Source of the DNA: Okamejei kenojei
Taxonomy: Eukaryota
Assembly: GCA_035221665.1 (NCBI GenBank)
Contig: CM069152.1
Span: 16,492,001 to 16,556,000 of the forward strand
Length of the DNA: 64,000 bases
Reading direction: 5' to 3'
The notes below the pieces were generated by a model. That model was not told the DNA's origin. It ran no database searches and saw only the letters and a program-made list of their open reading frames with translations. Numbering within the stretch: position 1 is the stretch's first letter; every line of letters begins with the position of its first letter. A program made the translations under genes and the position numbers. Below are positions 24,081 to 35,695 of the stretch, piece after piece.

Positions 24081-25184
24081 CATGATATTCACCTCCAGAA
24101 AAAAAGTAGGAAGTATTGGCCGGGGGTCCTAGAGGCCGGCTAGGCCCCCGGCGGGGTCCAGGGGGCTCCTGCAGTTTCAATAAATTGAAAGTAATTCCTA
24201 AGCTTTCTGCTGGTAGTTTACATAACAGAAGCTTAGAATTTTTCTAATACATAACCAGTAAAATAACCCCCAAAAGATAAATATTTCATGAAATAATGGA
24301 CTTTATACAGCTAAAAAAATCTTTACAAAAAAACGTTACCTGACTTCCTAAATAAGGTATTTGTAGAGATGCCAAAAGAACACAAAAGTAAAACCTATGC
24401 ATCACCTTAGAAAGGTGCCATCTCAAGGCATAATTATGCAAAATATGGCAAGGCACAGATAATTGTCAATACACATCTACAACGCTAAGAAGGTAGAAAA
24501 CTAAAATCCTCTGCCAATAACAATGAAAACAAAAATTCCCAATAGAAACAGAAAATCACCACAAAGGGGAGGGGGTAGCCGCTGCCCGGGAGGTAGGTCC
24601 CCGCACCTCTCTAACCCCTACTATCATCACCAGCACCATTCCCTTTCCAGTCGCAGCTCCATATGGGAAACACAAAACACCGTTGTGTTAATTTATTTAT
24701 TTTCCCCACAAGAGAAGAGGGGGAGTGGTTCAACGCCCAGCAGCCATCACCCCCGTCTTAGCTGTGCGGGCGACCCGGTCACCCTCAGCCCGCGCTCCCG
24801 TTCCTGGCCCCGCGTCTCACCCGTCCGCGCTTCAGTTCCCTCCGACAAACGAGCACCGTCACAGCTCGCACTGCGCCGCCGGGCTGATCTCAGCCGCAGC
24901 CAAAGAGCGTTGTTATGTTCCTTCTTCCCGCGGCCTCCCGCATGGTGTGTGTCGTCCCCCCCCCCCCCCCCACTATTGGCTGGCCCTGCTGACTTCCATC
25001 ATGAATCACAAGCCTGCCTGCCTCCAGACCGGTACCTCCACTGGCCCTCCTTCCCTCACCCTTCTATTTTACGATCTTGCCAATTAAACTGTGTTAAAAT
25101 CGGGCACTAACATTGTTAAATCTGGTTCATTGTTAGGAAAAGAAAGAAAATTGGAATTCCGATTTAAATCGGAAGAATATCATG
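24081..25184. mobile_element. Putative CpG-rich non-autonomous DNA transposon
   Basis: 10-bp inverted repeat catgatattc (24081-24090) / gaatatcatg (25175-25184), GC/CpG-rich interior, aaatcggaa subterminal motif. No TSD found. Confidence 0.4.
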
Positions 25185-25366
25185 CCTGTCAATTGCAATA
25201 CTTGTACAAGCTGCTGGCTGTTAAAATTGCAGGTCTGTGTTGGAAGTAAAGAGAAATAACAAGAAGCTAGGGAGTTGAGATATTCTGCCAGAACTTTAAC
25301 GGATGACTCAATTTGTTGGCTTGCCTTGTAGGCCCAGCAGATCGTTGCACTGATAGTGCTTCTTAC

Positions 25367-25585
25367 CAGGGTTGTATCTGGAGTCTGAAGTCCCCCATCC
25401 TCCACCCATGCGCAGCGAGCTGTTGCCCCATGAGGACGAAGGCTTCTGATTGGTCAGCCCTGGTGGCGGGCGGGACAGAGCGGTAGTGTTTTTGGGTGGC
25501 AGGGGGACTTTCCACAGTTCGTGAGCAAGGGAAGCATTGGTAATTGGCCCAGGAGACCAGGTGGATTTGGGGTCACCAATTCTGG
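25367..25585 (-). CDS. TNRC6A: TNRC6A exon, M2 region with PxPPPGL motif
   Basis: tttcccag| [49 protein letters not shown]...SRYNP G|gtaaga, phase 1->1. Confidence 0.95.
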
Positions 25586-26255
25586 CTGGGAAAGGGAAGC
25601 ACAAGTAAACCATCAACATTTAATTGCTACATGTCTTACGCACACAAGAGTCAAAAGTCAATGTTTTGTTGACATATGTCTTAGCGAGAACAATGAAATT
25701 CTTACTTGCATTTAGCACAACAGAATATGCACAAACATAATACTCTCAAAACAATACAATAAACGAGAAAAATACACACACACGCACATATAAAATCAAT
25801 CAATAATAGTGCAAAAAGACAAAACCAATGCTTCCAAGTCTATGTAGAATCACTGCAAACAGGCTGCAAGGAGAATTACCAGGTCTACATATCCTGCATT
25901 TTAAAAATACAATTATTTAACTTCAGAATTTGCTAAGTGATCCCACCCTCGTGTCGGCTGAAGGTAGGTTACAATCGAGCTGAGTGGTTACTGAGTACTT
26001 GTTGCATGGTGTGCAATAACTTTCTTGGACTAATGGGCGAGTTGATACAATCATTATTTCTTATCATATTCCCCCTCCCCCCACCCTACCCTACCCCACC
26101 CCAATCAAAGAAAGAGCAGTTTCATCTACAGTCCATGCTGCAAGAGTAATACAGTACATAAGAGTAATGGGAAGAAGAGATATTCATGAAAGGCTTTGCA
26201 GACAGAAGTAATTGGCAAATATTTTTAATTAGGTTTTGGATACTTGTATTCCTAC

Positions 26256-26366
26256 CTGGAGTGCTTTGTGCTGTACTGCTGAGGGAACTATTGTAGCTGG
26301 AGGCACCACCAAGGGACCAGGCACTAGTTGAAGGCAGCGTGGTGTTCATAGATGAGGATGACCCTA
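26256..26366 (-). CDS. TNRC6A: TNRC6A exon with NAGNAG tandem acceptor
   Basis: gtcttcag|tag|GG, start at 26366 or 26363. Encodes [36 protein letters not shown]|gtagga. Confidence 0.93.
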
Positions 26367-27408
26367 CTGAAGACACACAAAGAAGACGCATCAATGATTT
26401 GCTGGGAGCTTCAGGCACAAATTATTTAAAAACACATTCTAAGATGGAAGAAATGCACAAATTAAACCGCACATCTGCTGGTAATACAACAAAATATAAA
26501 CAAAAAGGTGAACAATTTTTCCAGAGGATACAAATGGAGTTTTTTTTTTAATTGTGTGGACAAATGCAGCTCCAACAACACCTTGCACCATTCAAGACGT
26601 TGCAGCCCATTTCATTGGTACCCAAACTGTCACCCCAAACAATCATCCCCTCTTCATACTGCCACTATGTACTAGTGATAATGTCTACAAAATGCACTTC
26701 AGTTACTTATCTAGGCTACTCTGACAGGTTCGTCCAAACCCATGACCACTACCACTAAGGACAAGAGTCATAGGTGTAAGAAAACATCTTGAAAACAAAC
26801 ATCATCTTGATTTGTAGGTAATTCACCATCATCAGAGCTATTAAAAATAAGCAATAAATGCTGGTCTTTCAGTGATCCCACAATCTATTAACTTATTTTA
26901 TTAATTGCCATTTCTGCACTGAATGTTCAAATTTAGGGCAGACATCTCCATATGCAATTGTATTAGATGTGGTTCAATTGGGAGGAAGTTTGGCTTGTTG
27001 GTAGTTGTTAGATTGAAGTCTCAGTTTTGAAGCTTAACATAATCTTGATTGAGAATTCACTGCAGTACCCAGTGCATTGTTGTAAATGCTATCTTCAACA
27101 CCTGATATATTTTAGAAGGGACAGCCACCTTGGCAGGGGGTGGAGCATAAATACTGATGTGGATTAGTTGGCAGAGTGGTCTGTTTGCAGTATTTACAAA
27201 CTGAAGCTCTATCTGCCACCCCAGGTTGGTAAGTTTGGTGTTCTGGCCCATATTAGTCTTCAACCAATATCACCGGAACAAATTTCCTTTGGCTGTTATT
27301 TCAGAAATAGGCTATCAAGTTTCTTACATTTTAACAATGACTACACTTCTAGACAAACATTTTACAAAATACCTTCAGCTGAAAGAACAGAATGAGAATG
27401 ATACTTAC

Positions 27409-27549
27409 TATTATTCCTGTCCCTGAGGAGGTCAAGATCCCGGGCAGTAGAGATCGACAGATTGGTCATTACACTGCCAGGCGTGACGTAAGGGTCAGTT
27501 TCAGGGTCAATGTTTTGATAACCTTTCCACGGCTCACCAGGACGAAATT
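27409..27549 (-). CDS. TNRC6A: TNRC6A exon, PAM2 (PABP-binding) motif
   Basis: cttgcatgtag| [48 protein letters not shown]|gtaagt. Confidence 0.96.
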
Positions 27550-27619
27550 CTACATGCAAGAACCAAGCACAATGGCTTTCAGTATTCAGAGAGTAGCATA
27601 TTTCGGAAGCATACACAAA

Positions 27620-28305
27620 TGGGGTGGGCTCCTAAGAAAGGAATGCCGACCAAATGACTAACCAAACTAGTCCCATTTGCTTGTACTTGGCCTTTATCCC
27701 TCCAAACATTACTATGTACCTGTTCAAGTGTTTATGAAAATGTCATTATTGTACTTGCCTCTACCGCTTCCTCTGGCAATGTTCCATATATGCACTACCA
27801 GTTGCCCCTCTGGTCTCTTTTACATCTTTTCCACCTCACTTTAAACCTGTACTCTGTAGTTTTAGACTCCCCTATCCTGGCAAAAAGACTGACTATTCAC
27901 TTATTTAAGCCCCTCAGGATTTTATCTACCTTTGTAGGATCATCCCTCGGCCTCTTATGTTCCAGGGAAAAAAGACTTAGCTTATCCATCTTCTTTTAAC
28001 TCAACCCCCCAACCCCACCCCTAGACCCAATAACATCCGGCCAAATCTTTTTTGCACCCTTTACAGATTAATTACATCCTTCCCATTTCAGACTGACTGG
28101 AACTGTACACCGCTTCAAATGTGGCCTTACTCAATACTCTGATTGGTGAAGGCATTCCTGCCAAATGCCTTCTTCACCACCCTGTCTACCCATGTCACTG
28201 CCTTCATTGAAAAGTGTACCTGGACCCCAAGGTCTCTATGTCCTAAAACATTAACCAGGACCCTATAATTTACTGTGTAAACCCTGCCCTTGTTCATTCT
28301 ACCAA
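27620..28305 (-). mobile_element. Degraded CR1 LINE 3' fragment
   Basis: Decayed reverse-complement similarity to the CR1 ORF2 C-terminus and 3'UTR. Confidence 0.7.
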
Positions 28306-28877
28306 ATATATGGGAAGTGATGGGAAATTTGCTCTACTACTTGCAGTTTTATCAATGTGGCAAACATAATCTATCTGCCGTATAGAAAATATATAAGCTA
28401 ATGTGCCCATCTAATCTAATCCTATATAATCTTTCTCATGAGAAAAAGGGAAAATGCACAAGACAATTGTTTTAAGCAATTCATCCCCAGTGTGAATATT
28501 ATCAAATACCCTATAAATAAGAGGCAAATCAACATCCAGTGAGAATTAAATATGATTGTTCACTTGAATGCTCGCTTGAACAATTAAATATTAATAAGAT
28601 CAAACTGTAGACCCAACTATCTGGCAGTTGATTGATATTCCAGTTGGTTGCCACAGAAAGGAAGGATAGTGTACCCACATATACAGGCATCATGCAGTAT
28701 TACCCTGCACCACAAGGTGTCCCTGCAGTTTAATGTATCCTGAGGGAAATAATTGCAATCATTTTTCGCTTCAGCTGCCTGAACCCCAAAACTGGGTCTA
28801 GTAATCACAGGCAGCTTCCACTTCAGCACCTGGCATCTAAAACTGGCTTCCATCTGACCAAATGCACAACATCTTAC

Positions 28878-29054
28878 CTGGTGGCCAATTAACATTGCTA
28901 GAGAGCTTATCACTGGGTGATTTGGCACTTGGCCAGCCATCTCCAACAGATCCAGGAGGACTGGCCAAAGACTTCATGGAAATGTCAAAGTGACCAAAAG
29001 GAGATTCTTCAAGCAACTTTCCAGAACAAATACTAAGACCACTTGAAGTAGCAC
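28878..29054 (-). CDS. TNRC6A: TNRC6A exon, M1 region and PAM2 start
   Basis: cctcccttag| [20 protein letters not shown]...[29 protein letters not shown]|gtaaga. Confidence 0.94.
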
Positions 29055-29250
29055 CTAAGGGAGGGAAAAAAAGCTTACTTTTATTTACTGCAAGCAGTTC
29101 AGATAAGAGATGACAGCTCAATCCTTTGTAAAGTTACTTTACATAGGTTACAATCTAGACATAACATCCAACATCCATGAGATTATTTCTATGCTAGACA
29201 AATGAATGATCTACCGTTAATATTAGATCTAAACGTCACTCATGCCTTAC

Positions 29251-29400
29251 CATGTTTGCTGGAGTTTTGATCTAGAGGGGAATTAATAGGAAGGCTTTCT
29301 GGGGCAGTCCATTGCTTTAAGCGAGACTGTTGGGATTGTGGCTCTTTCAGGTTAACAATACTGCCGAAATCCAGGGGTACATTCAAGTTTGGATTCAAGC
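29251..29400 (-). CDS. TNRC6A: TNRC6A exon, CCR4-NOT-interacting motif region (QSRLKQW)
   Basis: tttccttag| [51 protein letters not shown]|gtaagg. Confidence 0.94.
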
Positions 29401-30142
29401 CTAAGGAAACAAGTCAATTCTACATTAAAGCTACAAAGAGCAGATGCAGATGCGCAATGTTAAAATTGAACTTTCACACTGCAATTCCCCAGACTTGGCA
29501 AGAAAACAGACACAGAAAATATCTTCTCTATCTTCACCAATGACAATGACTTTTTCCATTAGATCCACACCAGCTCATCAGTACTGAGTGATTGGCAACA
29601 AATGCCCGTTAGCCACTCTGTCACGGAGAGCCACACAGCTGAGATGGCCTGTTGAATGCAGACTTCACAGATAGACAATTGTCAATGGGTTTTATTTTCA
29701 TAGCAACCCTGTATTATTTTATCCTTGGTACCAGCCCAGAATTTATCATATTTATCTCATTTCCAAAGCTTGCCCAGTGAGGAAAGAACACTAAACTGCA
29801 AGGTTGCCAGTTCAATCTACAAAGGAAACAATTGCCCAAACTTCATAAGAGACCTTCAGTTTCCCTCTGGGTACATTTAGAGACTAAAGGATACACAAAC
29901 AGATTATTCACCTCTTGACATTGATCTTTCGTGAGTGGTAAACTTCCTCCCTGCATGCTGGTGGATGGGTGAGCCTGGCATGTGGCTGTTTGCATTACAG
30001 AGCGGAGGGCTGAGCAGGCTGTGGTTTGGGTTATCAGGAAGAAGCATTTTGGGATTATGACAGTTTGAGGATACACGGGCAAGGTGAGCAGATTCGGACA
30101 TCATGGAGTCACATTGCCCATGACTGGGTTGGGAAAACCCAC

Positions 30143-30347
30143 CTAGAGGGTAGCTGCTATATGAGTTGAGCGGCGGCTCTTTTGTCTGCAGCTCGTGAGG
30201 GGAAGGGGGCATGAGGTTCTCCGGGAAGGGCTTCATGGAGGGTTGATGCATTGGTTGCTGCTGTGACGAAGACTGCTGCTTCAGAAGGCTTGAATCCAGT
30301 TGACGGGGATTTTGCAGCATCTGTTGCATGTTGAGTACACGAGCAGC
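30143..30347 (-). CDS. TNRC6A: TNRC6A exon, Q-rich region
   Basis: tgttcag| AARVLNMQQMLQNPRQLDSSLLKQQSSSQQQPMHQPSMKPF...SSYPL G|gtgggt, phase 0->1. Confidence 0.92.
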
Positions 30348-30909
30348 CTGAACATACAGAGAAGATAAACATGCATTTAATGTAATTACATTTCAAAGTT
30401 AAGTTCACATTTAATGGGAATCACTGTTTGCCCCTTCTCATATTAAAGATTAGCAATACAAACACTAACATCCCCAAATCGACACAATTACATTTTCTTC
30501 TGCGGTTACAGCGTAATCACATCTCTTTTTAATTAAGCTGATGGTGAATTGATCGGTGGGTAATTCAAGCCTGGGATCATTAGAGATCACTGAAGTATTT
30601 TCTCTAGAAGCTTTCAATCAAGATTCCAAGTGCCACCATGCACATCAATAGGATTCATTATATCATGTCTTTTGCAGACACAGCAGTGTTTTTGGACATT
30701 GAGTTTTTACGTGTTCCACACATAGTGGTGCAGGACCAGGACAAACAATTACCTTCTAATGGGTTTAGTGCAGCTATCATTCCCCCAAAGCAAGACTAAT
30801 CCAGCTACCCCATCAACTTAAGACCAATGCAAATGGCTATCCCACTGCCACTCCAGAATTAATACATCAAATCATAAAACTTATATTGAGCAGGCTATCC
30901 TGATGAGAG

Positions 30910-31230
30910 ACATACAAAGTGCTGGAGCAATTCAACGGGTTAGGCAGCATTTTTGGAGAACATTGATTGGTGATGTTTCGGGTCATGATCCAAGTTTCGA
31001 CTGAAGAGATGTTTAGAGAGATACAGCATGGAAACAGGCCCTTTGGCCCATCGAGTTCACGTCGACCATCGATCGCATGTTCTCTCTAGTTCTGTTATTC
31101 CATTTTTTTCGCACCAGTGGCAATTTACAGAGGGTCAATTAACATACACACCCATACGTCTTTGGGATGTGGATTGAAACCCGAACACCCGGAGCAAACC
31201 CACAGTTACAGGGAGAACGTGCAAACTCTC
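30910..31230 (-). mobile_element. Penelope terminal-repeat fragment plus V-SINE fragment
   Basis: gtgctggagcaattcaacgggttaggcagc...gtttcgggtc, then the reverse-complemented SINE 3' end and central domain. Confidence 0.7.
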
Positions 31231-31279
31231 TTGCTTTACTGAAACGTTGTGAATATTGTAATTTATATAATGTCAGTCA

Positions 31280-32030
31280 CACAGCATGAAAAAAGGCTGC
31301 ATGGGCCATTAAGTACTCGGCAACCATTTGGCACCCATCTGTATTAGTCCCACCTTCACCAGTAACCTTCTATGCCAAGACAATTCAAGTGCTTGTCTTG
31401 ACACATCTTAAATGCATGTTTCTACCACTCTCTCAGGCAGTGCATTCCAAGTTCTTACCATTCTCTGGATGATAAAGGTCCCCCCTCATATTCCCTCCAA
31501 ATTTTTTACCCACTACCCTAAATCTATATTTTTTTAGTTTTATTCACCTCTGATTTGGGGAATAGTTTCCCACAATATACCCTACCTGTACCTTTCATAA
31601 TTCTGTATACCTCAATTGTGCCCCACTTTTAACCTCCTCTGCTCTAGGCAAACAAAGCCAGCCTCTCCACACAACTGAAATGTTCCATCCCAGGCTTTAT
31701 CCTGGTGAATATCTGTTCCAGCATTATCCCATCCTTCCCCTAGTGTGGTGACCTGAAGTACATAGTATTCCAGCTGAGGTTTGACCAATGTTTTATAAAC
31801 TTGGAGCATACTTTCTCTGCTCTTATATTCCAAACCATGAATAACAAAAGCCAATTTGACACATACCTTCTTAACTACATTATTGACAATGCCGTATCCT
31901 TCAGGACTTTGAATTTCTACACCAAGGTCCCTCAGTTTTCCAATACTCCGTGGGCCATTCATTGTATATGTCCCAGCATCAGTGGTACTCCCAAATGCAT
32001 CACTTCACATTTATCTGGGTTAAACTGTCT
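31280..32030 (-). mobile_element. Degraded CR1 LINE 3' fragment
   Basis: RDLGVEIQ...LAFVIHGLEYKSRESMLQVYKTLVKPQLEY. Confidence 0.8.
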
Positions 32031-32091
32031 GATTTGTCTCAGCCTATTTCAACAATACATCTCTAAAGTTACTAATGTTTATAGATGTTAC

Positions 32092-32166
32092 CTGTTCTTG
32101 AGACTGACGCATGGGTCCAGACATATTCCTCTGGTTCTGTGCCTTCTGTTGCTGCTGTAGCAGTCG
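32092..32166 (-). CDS. TNRC6A: TNRC6A exon, Q-rich region
   Basis: cttaatattag| RLLQQQQKAQNQRNMSGPMRQSQEQ |gtaaca, phase 0->0. Confidence 0.92.
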
Positions 32167-33795
32167 CTAATATTAAGAATGAACATCAAATGTAAAATAG
32201 CTTCAACTAGCAAACAAAAATAACCACAATATTGTGAACCGCTTTAAGACATTTTGGCAGTTTTACATTGAGACTCTGGGGCAGCAGCAATTTATTCAAT
32301 GGACCGTGGGCTGATCTGTGATGAAAGTTAAGAAGTTGGCATAAAAAGAGTACTTGGTAGTAATATTAAGGTCTTCCTGTGCTCCTGGAACCACGCATTT
32401 ATGATTATAGGTGCTCTCATCCACCCAGTCCTTACTTTAGTATCTCTTCTGATGAGCATATCTGAAGGACAACTCTGCACAGACAGCCAGTATTAGGATC
32501 CAGTACCATATTATTTTCTGCAAGTGCTTTCCAGATTCTCAGCTTGCCATGGGTCAGGCAATAGTTTGTACTCCACAATTTGAGATTTGTAATAGAAAAA
32601 AATCATATGTGGTTAAAGTGCACATTGTCAGATTTTATTAAAGGGTATTTTTATACATTTTGGTTTCACTATGTAGAAATTACAGCTGTGTATATACATA
32701 GTCCCCTCATTTCAGGGCACCATAATGTTTGGGACACATGGCTTCACAGGTGTTTGTAATTGTGTTTAATTTCCTCCATAATGCAGGTATAAGAGAGCTC
32801 TCGGCACCTTGTCTTTCCTCCAGTCTTTTCATCGTCTTTGGAAATTTTTATTGCGGTTTATCAACATGAGGACCAAAGTTGTGCCAATGAAAGTCAAAGA
32901 AGCCATTATGAGACTGAGAAACAAAATAAAACTCTTAGAGACATCAGCCTAACCTTAGGCTTACCAAAATCAACTGTTTGGAACATCATTAAGAAGAAAG
33001 AGAGCACTGGTCAGCTTACTAATCACAAAGGGACTGACAATTCAAGGAAGACCTCCACAGCTGATGACAGAAGAATTCTCTCTATAATAAAGTAAAATCC
33101 CTAAACACCTGTCCGACAGATCAGAAACACTCTTCAGGAGTCAGGTGTGGATTTGTCAATGACCACTGTCCGCAGAAGACTTCATGTACAGAAATACAGA
33201 GCCTACACAGCAAGATGCAAACCACTGGTTAGCCGGAAAAATAGGATGGCCAGGTTACAGTTTGCCAAGAGTACCTAAAAGAGCAACCACAGTTCTGGAA
33301 AAAGGTTGTGTGGGGAGATGAGACTGACATATAAGATTAATTAGGGGCTTAATTAGGAAAGGGAAAATAGATTATGGGAACATAAAAACTGACTGCAGTT
33401 TTATAGATATGAGAAGAGAAAGAGATTAGCTAAAACAAATGTAGGTCCCTTGCAGTCAGAAACAGGTGAATTGATCATGGGGAACAAGGACATGGCAGAC
33501 CAATTGAATAACTACTTTGGTTCTGTCTTCACTAAGGAAGACATAAATAATCTGCCAGAAATAGTAGGGGACCGGGGGTCAAATAAGGTGGAGGAACTGA
33601 GTGAAATCCAGGTTAGCCGGGAAGTGGTGTTGGGTAAATTGAATGGATTAAAGGCCGATAAATCCCCAGGGCCTGATAGTCTGCATCCCAGAGTACTCAA
33701 GGAAGTAGCGACAGAAATGGTGGATGCATTAGTGATAATTTTTCAAAACTCCTTAGATTCTGGAGTAGTTCCTGAGGATTGGAGGGTAGCTAATG

Positions 33796-34254
33796 CATAC
33801 CTGCCAACTTGTGAGAATGAAAAATCGGAATCCTATTAGTCTGACGTCAGTGAGGGCGGGGCACGTGACGTCAGTAAGGGGCGGGGCACATGACGTCAGT
33901 AAGGGGCAGGGTACGTGACGTCAGTAAGGGGCGGGGTACGTGCCGTCAGTAAGGGGCGGGGTACGTGCCGTCAGTGCGGGGGGGGGGCAAGTGACGCCGA
34001 ACGCCACCGTGGCGGGGCGGGGTCATGCGGCTGCGTGCTGACGTACACCCGTGCGTGCCCCCATAAGCGGCGCAGGCGCGGTGCGCTCTCTCGCTGTCTC
34101 CTCGCCGCCGCCGCCGCCATGGGTCGCATACACGCTTCCATCCCAATTCCGAATTCCAATTTTTTTCGGAATATTGAGGAAAAAAATCGGAATTCGGAAT
34201 TGGGATGGAAAAATCGGAAGAATTCCGCCCAAATCGGAATGGTTGGCAGGTATG
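33796..34254. mobile_element. 459-bp MITE with 13-bp TIRs inserted in the CR1
   Basis: TIRs catacctgccaac / gttggcaggtatg, flanked by direct repeat ctaatg (33790-33795, 34255-34260). Removing it restores CR1 WRVANVTPLFKKG. Confidence 0.93.
33842..33976. repeat. 25-bp tandem repeat x6 (tgacgtcagtaaggggcggggtacg)
   Basis: Units start at 33842, 33866, 33891, 33916, 33941 and 33966. The first four have a perfect TGACGTCA. Confidence 0.92.
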
Positions 34255-35695
34255 CTAATGTAACCCCACTTTTTAAAAAAGGAGGGAGAAAGAAAACGGG
34301 GAATTACAGACCAGTTAGTCTAACATCGGTAGTGAGGAAACTAGCAGTCCGTTATTAAAGATGGGATAGCAGTACATTTGGAAAGTGGTGAAATTATTAG
34401 ACAAAGTCAGCATGGATTTACGAAAGGTAAATCACATCTGACGAATCTTATAGAATTTTTCGAGGATGTAATTAGCAGAGTGGATAAGGGAGAACCAGTG
34501 GATGTGTTATATCTAGACTTTCAGAAGGCTTTCGACAAGGTCCCACATAAGAGATTAGTATACAAACTTAAAGCACACGGTATTGGGGGTTCAGTATTGA
34601 TGTGGATAGAGAACTGGCTGGCAGACAGGAAGCAAAGGGTAGGAGTAAACGGGTCCTTTTCAGAATGGCAGGCAGTGACTAGTGGGGTACTGCAAGGCTC
34701 AGTGCTGGGACCCCAGCTATTATCAATATATATTAATGATTTGGACGAGGGAATTGAATGCAGCATCTCCAAGCTTGCGGATGACACTAAGCTGGGGGGT
34801 AGTGTTAGGTGTGAGGAGGATGCTAGGAGGCTGCAAGGTGACCTGGATAGGCTGGGTGAGTGGGCAAATGCATGGCAGATGCAGTATAATGTGGATAAAT
34901 GTGAGGTTATCCACTTTGGTGGCAAAAACAGAAGGGTAGACTATTATCTGAATGGTGGCCGATTAGGAAAAGGGGAGATGCAACGAGACCTGGGTGTCAT
35001 GGTACACCAATCATTGAAAGTAGGCATGCAGGTACAGAAGGCAGTGAAGAAAGCAAATGGTATGTTAGCATTCATAGCGAAAGGATTTGAGTATAGGAGC
35101 AGGGAGGTTCTACTGCAGTTGTACAGGCTTTTGGTGAGACCACACCTGGAGTATTGCGTACAGTTTTGGTCTCCAAATCTGAGAAAAGACATTCTTGCCA
35201 TAGAGGGGGTACAGAGAAGGTTCACCAGACTGATTCCTGGGATGTCAGGACTTTCATATGAGGAAAGACTGGATAGACTTGGCTTGTACTCACAAGAATT
35301 TAGAAGACTGAAGGGGGATCTTATAGAAACTTATAAAATTCTTAAGGGGTTGGATAGGCAAGATGCAGGAAGATTGTTGGGGAGGTCCAGAACAAGGGGT
35401 CACAGTCTAAGGATAAGGGGGAATTCCTTTAGGACCGAGATGAGGAAAACATTTTTCACACAGAGAGTGGTGAGTCTCTGGAATTCTCTGCCACAGAAGG
35501 TAGTTGAGGCCAGTTCATTGGCTATATTTAAGAGGGAGTTAGATGTGGCCCTTGTGGCTAAATGGATCAGGGGGTATGGAGAGAAGGCAGGTACAGGATA
35601 CTGAGTTGGATGATCAGCCATGATCATATTGAATGGCGGTGCAGGCTCGAAGGACCAAATGGCCCACTCCTGCACCTATTTTCTATGTTTCTATG

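Larger units (their letters stand above)
33327..35695 (+). mobile_element. CR1 LINE, 5'-truncated, relatively young, inserted in the Tc1 transposase
   Basis: ORF2 segments KSPGPDSLHPRVLKE, NYRPVSLTSV and a 408-codon open stretch (34378-35604) with YLDFQKAFDKVPH, QGSVLGP, LADD; 3' (tttctatg)n tail. Confidence 0.95.

Noticed and set aside
24523-25110. 195-aa plus-strand ORF
   Set aside because: P/R/S-rich product expected from GC-rich repeat sequence, with no domain or convincing exon context.
33842-33976. Regular 25-bp repeats near an RT ORF, suggestive of a CRISPR array or retron-like system
   Set aside because: Units are contiguous with no unique spacers, lie inside a TIR-bounded MITE, and the RT is a eukaryotic CR1 ORF2 in a vertebrate intron.
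34378-35604. 408-aa RT ORF as a functional or domesticated gene
   Set aside because: 5'-truncated CR1 without the endonuclease, TTG start from the ORF caller, upstream frameshift, and altered motifs (LADD, GVLQ).
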